A stretch of 64,000 nt of DNA, from contig CAYJRN010000003.1 in the NCBI GenBank assembly GCA_964372915.1, positions 16,376-80,375 on the forward strand. The letters are read 5' to 3'. Position 1 is the first letter of the stretch. Each line of letters opens with the position of its first letter. The notes below the pieces were generated by a model. The model did not search any database and was not told the origin of the DNA. It worked only from the letters and a program-made list of their open reading frames with translations. The DNA is from an uncultured Planctomycetales bacterium (GTDB lineage Bacteria > Omnitrophota > Gorgyraeia > Zapsychrales > JAHFFX01). This document shows positions 41,874 to 51,888 of this stretch, piece by piece. Made by a program: the position numbers and the translations under genes.

Positions 41874-43040
41874 ATGCGCACAAGAAAAGAACTTGAAGAG
41901 CTGGAAGACCAGGTCTTAGCGTCGTATGCCATGAGGTCCAAGGATTCCGCCGGCCGAGAACACAAGGAAGGGCAGCATGAGACCAGAACCTGTTATCAGC
42001 GGGACCGCGACCGCATCGTGCATTCTGAGGCATTCCGCAAGCTCGAATATAAAACTCAGGTGTTTGTCATCTTTGAGGGCGATTATTACCGCACGCGCCT
42101 GACGCACACCATCGAAGTTGCCCAGATTGCCCGTACCATCGGCCGGAATTTGCGTCTGAATGAAGATTTGATTGAAGGGGTGGCCCTGGCGCACGATTTA
42201 GGACACCCGCCCTTCGGGCACGCCGGTGAGGACGCGCTCAACAACATCATGCGGCAAGCGGGCCTGCCCAGTTTCAACCATAATAAGAGAAGCTTTGACA
42301 TTGTCACGAAGTACGAGAAGCGGTATCCGGATTTTGATGGCCTCAACTTAACGCGGGAGGTTTTGGTAGGGATTCTCAAGCACCAGACGCCCTATGATCT
42401 GCCCGGCAAGGACAATAAACTCCTGGGCGAAGGCCCCACATTGGAGGCCCGGGTTGTGGACATTGCCGATTCCCTGGCTTATCTTAATCACGATATCGAC
42501 GACGGATTGACCTCGGGGTGCATCAGCGAGGATGATTTGCGCGAAAGCGCCCTCTGGCAGAAGGTTTTAAAGAAACTTGAAGCCCCCTTAAAGGGGCAGA
42601 ATCCGGAGATGCGCAAGTACCAGATCGTCAAGGAACTCATCGACATGCAGGTGAAGGATCTTTTACAGGCCACGGACCAAAGACTCAAAGACGAAGATTT
42701 TAAGTCTTCCGCCCAAGTCAAGAAAATTAAGAAAACGATCGTTGGTTTTAGCCAAAGGATGGCCCAGGAGCGCAACAGCCTGCAGGGGCTTATCAATAAG
42801 AAACTCTATCACCATTATCGGGTAGAACGAATGACCGCCAAGGCCAAACGCATTGTCGACGCGCTTTTTACCGTTTACAAAGGGCAGCCCAGTCAGTTGC
42901 CGGAAGAGATTTATGAGAGAAACAAGAAATACACCCAGAGGCAGATCTATGAACTCATTTGCAATTATATCGCCTCGATGACCGATCGATTCGCGCTTGA
43001 TGAATACAAAAAACTCTTCCATCCATACGAAAAAGTATAA
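41874..43040 (+). CDS. dGTP triphosphohydrolase-like HD-domain protein
   Basis: HD motif and dGTPase-like N-terminus. Confidence 0.75.
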   Translation: MRTRKELEELEDQVLASYAMRSKDSAGREHKEGQHETRTCYQRDRDRIVHSEAFRKLEYKTQVFVIFEGDYYRTRLTHTIEVAQIARTIGRNLRLNEDLIEGVALAHDLGHPPFGHAGEDALNNIMRQAGLPSFNHNKRSFDIVTKYEKRYPDFDGLNLTREVLVGILKHQTPYDLPGKDNKLLGEGPTLEARVVDIADSLAYLNHDIDDGLTSGCISEDDLRESALWQKVLKKLEAPLKGQNPEMRKYQIVKELIDMQVKDLLQATDQRLKDEDFKSSAQVKKIKKTIVGFSQRMAQERNSLQGLINKKLYHHYRVERMTAKAKRIVDALFTVYKGQPSQLPEEIYERNKKYTQRQIYELICNYIASMTDRFALDEYKKLFHPYEKV

Positions 43041-43062
43041 GCTCGTTCTTTCTGCGGTGCAC

Positions 43063-44070
43063 ATGGTCTATAGGCTGGTCAATTCCACCTATAATGTCCG
43101 CGAGCTCACCTTGAGATTGACGCGCCTCTTGTGCCAGTTTATTCACGCCAGCTCTTCGAGCGTTTATATCTTGGATTCCACTCAAAAAAGAATTGCGCTG
43201 ATTGCTTCGTTCAATAATCAGATCAATACGATGATCGACAAGAAAACCGATTTTTCCCAAGTGGGACCAAGGGAGCGGGCGGTCGTGGGCGGTGCCGAGA
43301 TTTTTGAAAAATGTTTCATCGGGTTGCCGCTGGTTGCCGACGACATCATCGGAGCAATATTCATCCAGAGGAAAAGAAGCGAGCACCCCTTTAGTGAATT
43401 TGACCGCGACCTGCTGGCTGTTTTTGCCGAGCAGGCGGTGATGGCGATCAAGAATCTGCAGCTTTACGAGGGACAACAGAAGACGATTTTAGGAAGCATG
43501 CGGTTCATCGGGAACCTTTTTGAGAAGCAGAGGCCACGGCCGCTGACGCACGCCCCGGTCTATTTCAAGGTCACTAAGCGCCTGGCGGAAAAGTTGAACA
43601 TGGGGCAAATCGGCATCGACAGCCTTGAACATGCCAGTATGCTGCACGATGCCGGGGTCTTGGATGTCCCTTACGAAATCCTCTCCAAGACCAGCCAATT
43701 GTCTGCGTCGGAATTCAAAGTTATTCGCGAGCATCCCGCCAAAAGTGTCGAGCTCATTAAACCCGTCGAGTTTTTAAAACCCGTCCTGCCTATTATCCTT
43801 TATCTTCATGAAAAGTACGACGGCAGCGGTTACCCTTCGGGACTTAAAAAAGAACAAATTCCTTTGGGGGCGCGGGTCATGGCGGTGGTGGATGCTTTCG
43901 AGGCGATGATTTCCCAAAGACCCTATCGAAAAACGATGACGATCAACGATGCCTTGATCGAACTCAAGCGTAACAGCGGAACGCAATTTGATCCTAAGGT
44001 GATCGAGACGTTTTGTGAATTGTCTACCCAAAGAAAATTCAGAAAGTACTTGAGTTTGATCAAACGCTAA
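43063..44070 (+). CDS. GAF-domain HD-GYP phosphodiesterase
   Basis: HD motif plus YDGSGYP. Start trimmed to the first ATG after the dGTPase stop. Confidence 0.65.
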   Translation: MVYRLVNSTYNVRELTLRLTRLLCQFIHASSSSVYILDSTQKRIALIASFNNQINTMIDKKTDFSQVGPRERAVVGGAEIFEKCFIGLPLVADDIIGAIFIQRKRSEHPFSEFDRDLLAVFAEQAVMAIKNLQLYEGQQKTILGSMRFIGNLFEKQRPRPLTHAPVYFKVTKRLAEKLNMGQIGIDSLEHASMLHDAGVLDVPYEILSKTSQLSASEFKVIREHPAKSVELIKPVEFLKPVLPIILYLHEKYDGSGYPSGLKKEQIPLGARVMAVVDAFEAMISQRPYRKTMTINDALIELKRNSGTQFDPKVIETFCELSTQRKFRKYLSLIKR

Positions 44071-44172
44071 CCATATAATACGCACTACAGACCATTACAG
44101 AGTAATCGTGTCATTTTTGATATGTTGAAGGTCAGCAGTGACCGTCACTATATAAATATAAGAGAAGTTAGT

Positions 44173-44841
44173 ATGAGTATAAATTTTAAGCAATCCCAAT
44201 TCGAATTATTTCCAGGAACTCAAGGGACTCAGGTTGAGGTCGACAGACCTCGCTTTTTCTTCGCTCATCTTACGCTTTCCATCGAAAATCTGGTGGTTGT
44301 GAGTATCGTCATCCTGATGTTCATCGTGCTGTCTTTTTCGCTGGGCGTGGAGAGCGGCAAGAAGGTGATGGTTACGCGCTACCGGGAATATCAAGCCAGA
44401 ATCAGCCAAAATCCGCCGACGCCGACGACCACAAAGACCCCGGTTCCTCAGACCCAGGGAACGAATCCCAAGAAAGTTTCTCAGCCGGCAAATGCCGCGG
44501 TTATTCCGGTGCCCGCAAGGCCCGTCAATCCATCGTTAATGGTCCGGGTTGATGCCACGCCCGTTGAGAAGAAAGCTTTACAGCCGGTTTCTTCTCTTGT
44601 ATACTTTTCGCCTGATTCATCCCCCAGACCTTACACCATCCAGGTCGCCTCTTTCAAGAAACAAGAATACGCGAACCAGGAAGCTTTGTTACTCAAGCAA
44701 AAGGGTTATGAAATTTTCGTTCTCTCTAAAGGGGAACATTCCATCGTCTGCGTGGGGAGATTTCTCTTGCAGAAGCAGGCGGAAAGTTTCTCGGCGAGAC
44801 TCAAGAAACAATACAAAGATTGTTTAGTCAGGAGATTCTAA
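44173..44841 (+). CDS. SPOR-domain membrane protein
   Basis: TM helix plus C-terminal SPOR domain. An alternative start at 44122 is possible. Confidence 0.6.
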   Translation: MSINFKQSQFELFPGTQGTQVEVDRPRFFFAHLTLSIENLVVVSIVILMFIVLSFSLGVESGKKVMVTRYREYQARISQNPPTPTTTKTPVPQTQGTNPKKVSQPANAAVIPVPARPVNPSLMVRVDATPVEKKALQPVSSLVYFSPDSSPRPYTIQVASFKKQEYANQEALLLKQKGYEIFVLSKGEHSIVCVGRFLLQKQAESFSARLKKQYKDCLVRRF

Positions 44842-44842
44842 G

Positions 44843-45148
44843 ATGGGAATTCATTCTTCACTTAAAATCGATACCGCCGGCGCTCAGCAAAGATCGGTTC
44901 TGTCCCGGATTGAACGTATCAAAGATTTGATGAAAAAGGGTTTGTGGATGGAAGATCGGGCTGTGACGGGCTTGCCCAAGACCAAGATTGTCAGGATCAA
45001 GGCAAGAAAAGCCGTCAAAGCCGTAGCCGCCGAGGGTGCGGCCGCTCCAGGTACTGCCGCTGTGGGCGCTGCCGGCACTGCTGCCGCTAGTCCTGCGGCC
45101 GCTGCCGCGGCTCCCGCTAAAGACAAAAAAGCTCCAGCCGCAAAATGA
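44843..45148 (+). CDS. Small basic protein with an Ala-rich tail
   Basis: A 101-aa protein, MGIHSSLK..., with no internal stops. Confidence 0.45.
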   Translation: MGIHSSLKIDTAGAQQRSVLSRIERIKDLMKKGLWMEDRAVTGLPKTKIVRIKARKAVKAVAAEGAAAPGTAAVGAAGTAAASPAAAAAAPAKDKKAPAAK

Positions 45149-45936
45149 AGCTCTGTCAGGCATTTTTTCTCTTTCTTCTTTTATCTTCTCCCGTTTCCGC
45201 AGAATCCCATCTTCCTTCCTTAGCAGAAGTCAGCTTCGAAAACGTTAATGTCCGCGCCGGCCAGAGCGTCAACTTTGAGAAACTGGGGAAGCTACCCCAA
45301 GGCACAACCGTCGTTGTGGTTGAGGAAAGTTACGGCTGGTATAAGATTAAAGCCTGCCCCGCCAACGGCGGGGCGACGGCACCTTTGCTGTGTTTTATCA
45401 GCCGCAAATACATTCGGCTTCTTCCCGACGGTCGAGGGGTCGTGACCGGAAATAAGGTTAACTTGCGCGCCGATCCCAACGTCGAAGCCGCCCAGATCGG
45501 CCAACTCACCCAAGACAGCATTGTCAAAATTGTCGCCACAAGGGATGATTTCTATCAGATCGAACCTATGGAAGGTGTCTATGGGTGGGTGTCGACCCAA
45601 TTTCTGTCTTTAAAGCCGGGAGCCGTTCCACCGACTCAAGAGGTGGAGAAATTCAGTGCCGCTGCTCAAGTTGTCGCCCAAGAGAAAGCACCCAAAGTTG
45701 TGTCTTCTGTGGAAGTTGTTCTTAAGATCAGTGTATCCGGACGTTTGGAAAAATCTTCGGAAGGGACGCACTACCAGGTTGTTCTCACCGACGGTACCCG
45801 TTATATTCTCAACGCGCCTTCGCAAGCGCTGGAGCCTTTCCTCGAATATACGCTCAAGGTGCAGGGAACGAAAGGAATCAGTTCGTCCGGATCCTTTGCG
45901 ACGATCAACCCCAACCGTATTGAGTGCGTGTTATGA
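45145..45936 (+). CDS. Secreted SH3b-domain protein
   Basis: Signal peptide plus SH3-like repeats. Confidence 0.55.
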   Translation: MKLCQAFFLFLLLSSPVSAESHLPSLAEVSFENVNVRAGQSVNFEKLGKLPQGTTVVVVEESYGWYKIKACPANGGATAPLLCFISRKYIRLLPDGRGVVTGNKVNLRADPNVEAAQIGQLTQDSIVKIVATRDDFYQIEPMEGVYGWVSTQFLSLKPGAVPPTQEVEKFSAAAQVVAQEKAPKVVSSVEVVLKISVSGRLEKSSEGTHYQVVLTDGTRYILNAPSQALEPFLEYTLKVQGTKGISSSGSFATINPNRIECVL

Positions 45937-46541
45937 CATTAAACGGATTGGTGAACATTCTCATTGCGTTCTTGCCCGCCGTGATTTTGCATGAGTACGC
46001 GCATGGCTGGGTTGCCAACAAACTGGGCGATCCCACGGCCAAAAATGCCGGGCGCCTGACACTTAATCCTTTCAAACATATCGATCCGGTGGGGACTATT
46101 ATATTTCCGGGGCTGCTGATATTTCTTAAATCGCTGGTCGTTTTTGGCTGGGCCAAACCCGTTCCCGTCGATTTTAAGCGACTGCGCAATCCTCGTCGGG
46201 ATATGCCCCTGGTCGCCCTCGCCGGTCCGCTGACGAACATCCTTTTGGCGGCGATCTTGAGCCGATTTCTGATAGCCGATCTGACTGGACAGGTTTACGA
46301 TCTTCTGGTCACCGCGATTTTGATCAATTTGGTTTTGGCGGTTTTTAACATGATCCCGATTCCGCCCTTGGATGGTTCGAGGCTGGTCTTAAGCCTTTTG
46401 CCTTTAAGCGCGGCGCGGTATTATTCTCAGCTGGAAATCTACGGCATCCTGATTGTCTTCGTTTTATTATCCTTAGGCGTTTTGGATCACATCATTTGGC
46501 CGGCCGTATTTTATTTGGCGAAACTGTTGGGCGTTTCTTGA
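45933..46541 (+). CDS. M50-family (site-2-protease-like) membrane metalloprotease
   Basis: HEYAH (HExxH) and NMIPIPPLDG motifs. Confidence 0.75.
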   Translation: MTLNGLVNILIAFLPAVILHEYAHGWVANKLGDPTAKNAGRLTLNPFKHIDPVGTIIFPGLLIFLKSLVVFGWAKPVPVDFKRLRNPRRDMPLVALAGPLTNILLAAILSRFLIADLTGQVYDLLVTAILINLVLAVFNMIPIPPLDGSRLVLSLLPLSAARYYSQLEIYGILIVFVLLSLGVLDHIIWPAVFYLAKLLGVS

Positions 46542-47626
46542 TGAAAATTCATCTTGCTTTAAAAGAGAATAGTTATGACATTCTTATTGGGAATAAAATC
46601 CTTTCCCGGTTAGGGAAGGTTTTACTTACGCTCAACCTAGGACAGGATGCCGTGATTATCACGAATCCCGTTATTGAAAAATTGCATGGGAAAAATGTTG
46701 TCGCGGGACTTAAAAGAAGCGGATCTTCGGTCAAGGTCTTTACCGTTCCCGATGGAGAAAAGAGCAAATCGGCAAGGTTTGCCTTTGGGCTCCTGGAAAA
46801 AATCGCCCACTATGATGTCGGTAAGAAGATTTTTATCGTGGCCTTAGGCGGAGGTGTTGTCGGCGATCTGAGCGGCTTTGTGGCCGCGGTCTATAAACGA
46901 GGAACTCCTTACGTGCAGGTTCCTACAACCCTTTTGGGTCAGATCGATTCGGCCATCGGAGGGAAGGTCGCCATTGACTTGGTTGTCGGCAAGAACCTGG
47001 TGGGGGCTTTTTACCAGCCGAAATTGGTTTTTAGCGACGTTTCCGTCCTCTCAACTTTAAGCGTCCGTCAAATCCAAAACGGCCTTTCCGAGGCTGTTAA
47101 GTACGGCGTCATTGATGATGAGAGACTTTTTAGCTATATCGAAAAGAATTACGCGCGTTTCTTAAAGCGCGATCCGAATGTCTTGGCCCATGTCGTCGAG
47201 GCCTGCAGCCGTATTAAGGCGCGGATTGTCACTCAAGACGAAAAAGAGACCAAGGGTTTAAGGGCGATCCTTAACTTCGGTCATACGGTGGGCCACGCCA
47301 TTGAGACCGCCGGCGGCTACAACCTTTATCATCACGGCGAGGCGGTCGCTTTAGGCATGAGAGTTGCCGCGGATATTTCGCATCAATTGGGGCTTTTGAG
47401 CGCGCGCAATGCCGAGCGCCTTAATGAGCTTCTTTCCAACATCGGACTCCCCTTAAGAATCAAGAACATAAAGTTGAACGATATCTTAAGCGCGATGCGT
47501 CATGATAAAAAATTCAAAGGCACAAGAAACCGTTTGGTCCTGGCTAAAGTTATCGGCAAGGTTGTTGTTCGGGAAGGAATTCCTTTAGATGTGGTTCGTC
47601 GAGCCATCGCGGCGAGACTTGCGTAA
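46541..47626 (+). CDS. aroB: 3-dehydroquinate synthase
   Basis: GGGVVGDLSGF and DHQS motifs. Start trimmed to MKIHLALK. Confidence 0.85.
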   Translation: MKIHLALKENSYDILIGNKILSRLGKVLLTLNLGQDAVIITNPVIEKLHGKNVVAGLKRSGSSVKVFTVPDGEKSKSARFAFGLLEKIAHYDVGKKIFIVALGGGVVGDLSGFVAAVYKRGTPYVQVPTTLLGQIDSAIGGKVAIDLVVGKNLVGAFYQPKLVFSDVSVLSTLSVRQIQNGLSEAVKYGVIDDERLFSYIEKNYARFLKRDPNVLAHVVEACSRIKARIVTQDEKETKGLRAILNFGHTVGHAIETAGGYNLYHHGEAVALGMRVAADISHQLGLLSARNAERLNELLSNIGLPLRIKNIKLNDILSAMRHDKKFKGTRNRLVLAKVIGKVVVREGIPLDVVRRAIAARLA

Positions 47627-47646
47627 AATTATCCGCCTTCGGCTGG

Positions 47647-48120
47647 TCAGTCTCTGGTCGTAAGAACTATCGTTTCTCTCCCGCTTAAGATCTCCACTTT
47701 TCCGTCCGTAATGCTCAAAACTTTTTTTTCGTTGATGGAATCACCGGTTTTTACGATTTGGTCGTTGATGAGGGCCAGGGATTCTTTCCCGGACATAATG
47801 GTTCCGCTTAACATAAGAGCCTGACCGGTAGGTGGGCTTAAAAGCCTGGATTGAGAGAAGAGAGGATGAACGATCTTTTCTTGTGATTTTGAGTGGACAA
47901 GAGTTTTTTGGGGCTTCGCAGTGGAATAAAAGAAAGTAAAAAGAGCGCACAAGAGAATGACCAGGAGGATAAAGATAGGCGTCGGCAGGCTGTGCATGTC
48001 TTTTTTTTCCGGGCTCGTCGGTTGAGGTGGGGGTGATAACGGGACCGCGCTTAAAGGTTGCGAAGACTCGGTTCCTAAATTGTTCTGGGCTTTTTTTAAA
48101 GCTTCATGAATGATACTCAT
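47647..48120 (-). CDS. GspB/ExeB-like protein
   Basis: ATGA overlap with the ExeA-like stop. GGAGG ribosome-binding site. TM helix plus C-terminal domain. Confidence 0.5.
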   Translation of the reverse strand: MSIIHEALKKAQNNLGTESSQPLSAVPLSPPPQPTSPEKKDMHSLPTPIFILLVILLCALFTFFYSTAKPQKTLVHSKSQEKIVHPLFSQSRLLSPPTGQALMLSGTIMSGKESLALINDQIVKTGDSINEKKVLSITDGKVEILSGRETIVLTTRD

Positions 48121-48995
48121 GTGACCTCCTGTGCGCATTGTTGAATGATTTTGTCATCGATGGTGAGCGTTTCCTGGGTATAGCCGGCCAGAAGGGCTCG
48201 GTCACAGATGACGTTGATGAGCCGCGGTGTACCGCCGGAAACTGTATAGATCTGCTCCATCGCCTCGGGAGTAAATCTCAAGTCATTGTTGGCGCCGGCC
48301 ACGTTCAAACGGTGCAGGATGTACTGCCCCGTCTCTGTTTTTTTAAGCGGCAGGATATGGTAACGCACCGCGATCCGTTGGTTGAGCTGTCTTAAGGAGG
48401 GAAGTCTCAATTTGTCCAATAGCTCCGGCTGACCCACCAAAATAATCTGCAGGAGTTTCTGTTTTTCCGTCTCCAAATTCGAGAGAAGTCGAATGTGTTC
48501 CAGTTGTGAGGGTTTTAAATTTTGAGCTTCATCGATGATGAGGACGACGTTGTAGCCTAAACTGCTTTTTTTAATGAGAAAGTCATTGAGGACGCTGACC
48601 AGGGCGAACTTGTTGTTGTGTTTGGGCGTTACATCGATGCCCAGGTCTTTGATAATCAGTTGTAGAAATTGAAGCTCCGAGAAGTTTGGGTTAAGAATAA
48701 GGGCCGTTTTGGTCCTCGAATCAAGACGCTGTAAGAGGGTCCGGCACAGCGTTGTCTTGCCGGTACCGATCTCTCCGGTGATCACGATAATCCCTTTACG
48801 CTCTTCAATCCCATAGACTAAATGGGCGAACGCATCATTGTGGCGCGAACTTGAAAAAAAGAAGGAGGGGTCGCAGGTGATATTAAAGGGGTATTCCTTG
48901 AGGTTGTAAAAATCTTTGTACACGAAAAACAGTATAGCACGCTCTTGGAATTTGGTAAAGAATCTAAGAATTGAGAAAAGCCGGTGGGAACCCAA
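48117..48995 (-). CDS. ExeA/GspA-like AAA ATPase
   Basis: GEIGTGKTTLCR Walker A. The likely true start is the GTG at 48923 (MYKDFYNLKEYPF). Confidence 0.65.
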   Translation of the reverse strand: MGSHRLFSILRFFTKFQERAILFFVYKDFYNLKEYPFNITCDPSFFFSSSRHNDAFAHLVYGIEERKGIIVITGEIGTGKTTLCRTLLQRLDSRTKTALILNPNFSELQFLQLIIKDLGIDVTPKHNNKFALVSVLNDFLIKKSSLGYNVVLIIDEAQNLKPSQLEHIRLLSNLETEKQKLLQIILVGQPELLDKLRLPSLRQLNQRIAVRYHILPLKKTETGQYILHRLNVAGANNDLRFTPEAMEQIYTVSGGTPRLINVICDRALLAGYTQETLTIDDKIIQQCAQEVT

Positions 48996-49051
48996 CCCCC
49001 TTCGTACTTGTTTTTCTTAACATTTTTTAGATGCTTCTCTAAAAAAATATT

Positions 49052-49079
49052 TTGTGCTTAGATGGGATTATGTTATAAT
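49052..49079 (+). promoter_or_regulatory. Near-consensus sigma70 promoter
   Basis: TTGTGC -35, a 16-nt spacer, and an extended -10 TGtTATAAT. Confidence 0.45.
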
Positions 49080-49126
49080 ATAATTAACTTTAGAGAGTTG
49101 GAGTCCTTAGCAAAGGAGCAAAGTCG

Positions 49127-49489
49127 ATGTTTATTGTGGAGGAACCCCGGAAACAAGAGGATTTAAGGCGATTTCCCCGTCAGCAGTTCCGGGAAGCCGT
49201 ACAGTTCCAAATGAAAGAGCCCCAGCAACTAGGCTGGTGCTTAGGATGTGACATTTCCGAGGGGGGCTTAAGGATCCATTTTGAGAATTTTGTTCCTTTA
49301 AATACTGAAATGATCGTCTGGGTGAAGCTTCCCAGCGGCAGGATTTTAGGACTTTCGGGTCGAGTGGTCTGGGCCAACCAAATCCCGCATTCGGACTATT
49401 ACCATCTGGGCCTGAAATTTACCGAAAATCAGCCATCAGAAGCAACAAAGCAGGAATTCCAACGATATTTCCAATCCCGTCTATTTTAA
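49127..49489 (+). CDS. PilZ-domain protein
   Basis: RRFPRQQ and DISEGG motifs (RxxxR, DxSxxG). Confidence 0.65.
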   Translation: MFIVEEPRKQEDLRRFPRQQFREAVQFQMKEPQQLGWCLGCDISEGGLRIHFENFVPLNTEMIVWVKLPSGRILGLSGRVVWANQIPHSDYYHLGLKFTENQPSEATKQEFQRYFQSRLF

Positions 49490-49549
49490 TCCAAACTAAT
49501 CCTCATAGAGAAAAAGTTCCAAAGTCGTTGAAAGGAGTTATAGTTTATC

Positions 49550-49732
49550 ATGGCTGAAAAGACTGAAAAGGTTCCAGCAGCGCCGACAGAAGAAAAAAAG
49601 AACTGTGCCGGCTGCGGCAAACCGATGAAGAAAGCGAAGAGATATTATCGCAACGGCCAGTATTATTGCAATAAGAACTGCTTTAAGAACAAGGGAAAGG
49701 CCGACGCAGGCAAGGAAAAGGAGCCGGTCTAA
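49550..49732 (+). CDS. Lys-rich zinc-ribbon small protein
   Basis: CAGC...CNKNC cysteines and an AAAGGAG ribosome-binding site. Confidence 0.5.
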   Translation: MAEKTEKVPAAPTEEKKNCAGCGKPMKKAKRYYRNGQYYCNKNCFKNKGKADAGKEKEPV

Positions 49733-50116
49733 TTGAACAAACCCGTTGACGAACGACGCAAACATCCGCGTTTAGAAAACAATATCCCGATCAAACTTTC
49801 CAGTGAGGACACGGATGTCGTTACCGAGACTCGAAACCTTAGCTGCGCGGGAACGTATTGCAAGGTCAATCGTTATTTTGAACCGATGACCAAGCTCAAA
49901 ATTCACCTCTTATTGCCTCTCAAGAAACGCAACAAGACGGTCACCAAAAAGCTGTCCTGCCAAGGCATCGTCGTGAGAACCGAGCCGGTTCCGGGCGCGG
50001 AGTATTTCAACGTCGCCATCTTCTTCAACGGTATCAGCGTTGCGGATTCCAAAACAATCTCGGAATACATCAGTTCGCATACACAGCCGAAAACCAATAC
50101 CCTTAATCCCAATTAA
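49733..50116 (+). CDS. PilZ-domain protein
   Basis: RKHPR motif and an NLSCAG region. Confidence 0.5.
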   Translation: MNKPVDERRKHPRLENNIPIKLSSEDTDVVTETRNLSCAGTYCKVNRYFEPMTKLKIHLLLPLKKRNKTVTKKLSCQGIVVRTEPVPGAEYFNVAIFFNGISVADSKTISEYISSHTQPKTNTLNPN

Positions 50117-50117
50117 C

Positions 50118-50279
50118 ATGGAAAACGCTATTACTCTTAATTTATCTCCTTTACAATTGTTGTTGTCCCTGGCGATCCAGATATGGATTGTGGTGGCCCC
50201 GATTCTCATTATCCGCAAGCTGGATCATCTGACGAGACTTTTGCAGTCGAGTGAAGACGACGAGCAGCCGCAATCTTAA
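50118..50279 (+). CDS. Small membrane protein
   Basis: A 53-aa protein with one hydrophobic helix and an acidic tail. Confidence 0.3.
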   Translation: MENAITLNLSPLQLLLSLAIQIWIVVAPILIIRKLDHLTRLLQSSEDDEQPQS

Positions 50280-50310
50280 AAAGGATAAGACGGCGTAAAG
50301 GCAAGGTTTT

Positions 50311-50979
50311 ATGCACAAGGCCATTCCGGTGCTCTTTGAAGATGATTGTTTTGTTGTTTTCGAAAAACCCTCTGGGACCTTGACGATTCCCACTCCCAGG
50401 GGCGAAAAAAACACGCTTGATCGGATCGTCAATGAAGAACTTCCTAAGGACAAGGAGCGCGAATACCATTTGCATCCGTGTCATCGCCTTGACCGTGAAA
50501 CTTCCGGGGCCATCATTTTCGCTAAGGGGAAAAAAAATCAGCAATCGATGATGAATCTGTTCAAGCACAAGGGGGTCAAAAAAAAATATGTAGCTCTCGT
50601 GCAGGGACGGATGAAACGCCTGGTGGGAGAGATCAAAAGCGCGATTAAGGATTTCAGCGACAACCGGTTTCGGCGCGAGGCCAGGGGAAAATTGGCGATT
50701 ACCCGTTTTAAGGTCATTGAGGTCCGGCACACCTATAGTATTGTCGAGGTCTCTCCTTTGACCGGCAGGACGAACCAGGTCCGCATCCATTTTTCCGAAA
50801 TCGGTCATCCGCTTTTAGGCGAACGCCAATACGCCTTCGGCAAGGATTACGCGCTTAAATTCCGTCGGATAGCGCTGCACGCGAGCGAAATCGAGTGGAT
50901 GCACCCCTTGACCCATAGACCGGTCAAAATCGTTTCAGAGCTGCCGGCGGACATGGAGAATTTTATCCGCCTGCACTAG
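50311..50979 (+). CDS. RluA-family pseudouridine synthase
   Basis: HRLDRETSG catalytic motif. Confidence 0.8.
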   Translation: MHKAIPVLFEDDCFVVFEKPSGTLTIPTPRGEKNTLDRIVNEELPKDKEREYHLHPCHRLDRETSGAIIFAKGKKNQQSMMNLFKHKGVKKKYVALVQGRMKRLVGEIKSAIKDFSDNRFRREARGKLAITRFKVIEVRHTYSIVEVSPLTGRTNQVRIHFSEIGHPLLGERQYAFGKDYALKFRRIALHASEIEWMHPLTHRPVKIVSELPADMENFIRLH

Positions 50980-51001
50980 AGCGATGCCGCGTTGAAAGGA
51001 A

Positions 51002-51310
51002 TTGATTGCAATGAAAGACTATACGTTGAGTGAAATGAGCGAGCTGTGTCATAAAATCGCCCGTGAAAAAGGATTTTGGGACAAGGAGCGCAACATCGGG
51101 GAGGCTTTGATGCTCATCGTGACCGAACTCGCCGAGGCCATGGAAGGGTACCGCAAGAAGGATGATGAAAATTTCAAGGAAGAGCTCGCGGACGCTTTTA
51201 TCCGGCTCTTTGATTTGTGCGGAGGCTTGAAGATCGATATCCAGGCGGAAATCAACAAAAAATCAGATAAGAATAAAACCCGTCCGTATATGCACGGGAA
51301 AGTATGTTAA
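51002..51310 (+). CDS. MazG-like nucleotide pyrophosphohydrolase domain protein
   Basis: EALMLIVTELAEAME...ELADAFIRL pattern. Confidence 0.55.
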   Translation: MIAMKDYTLSEMSELCHKIAREKGFWDKERNIGEALMLIVTELAEAMEGYRKKDDENFKEELADAFIRLFDLCGGLKIDIQAEINKKSDKNKTRPYMHGKVC

Positions 51311-51317
51311 TGCGCAC

Positions 51318-51369
51318 GTGACTTACGGGCCCCGCTTTGGCGGGGGAACGTAAGTCACTGTGCGAATTA
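51318..51369 (+). repeat. Palindromic repeat copy D
   Basis: Hairpin gtgacttacgggccccgc tttg gcgggggaacgtaagtcac followed by the conserved tail tgtgcgaatta. Confidence 0.6.
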
Positions 51370-51411
51370 ATCCCCGGAGCGAAGCGGAGGGGATAAAGCG
51401 GAGACTCATTT

Positions 51412-51870
51412 ATGCAAAAAAAATCTTTGTTCTTATTGACAGCCTTCGCGTTCTTTCTTGTGGGCTGCACGACAGTAAGAATTCCCAAATATGTCACCGA
51501 CAAGAGTCCGTATAAAAGGGTGTTCGTTGCTTCCTATGAAAATACTTTGGATGTGACCAAACAGACGCTCGAGAATTTAGGTTGGAAGGTCACGGACGCC
51601 GCGAATCCCTCTTTGTATGAACAGAATCGCGTGAGCGACGCTTCAAAGAAGCAAATCCTTCTTTTTACCCAAATCCGTCAGACCGCGATGTTTCTTTTTA
51701 CCCGCTATTCGACTCTGAATGTTTACTTGCGGGACATCCAAGGTACGAGCGAAGTGGAAATTCGTTATCTGGTCATGACGCCGTTTTTGTTCAAAACCTT
51801 CGAAGGCCACAAGAACGATCGGCTCGTCAACCAAATTTTTTCCAGAATCGCTAAAGGATTGGAGAAATGA
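51412..51870 (+). CDS. Lipoprotein, hypothetical
   Basis: Lipobox LVGC. Confidence 0.5.
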   Translation: MQKKSLFLLTAFAFFLVGCTTVRIPKYVTDKSPYKRVFVASYENTLDVTKQTLENLGWKVTDAANPSLYEQNRVSDASKKQILLFTQIRQTAMFLFTRYSTLNVYLRDIQGTSEVEIRYLVMTPFLFKTFEGHKNDRLVNQIFSRIAKGLEK

Positions 51871-51888
51871 ACCCCTCCAAATAATTAT

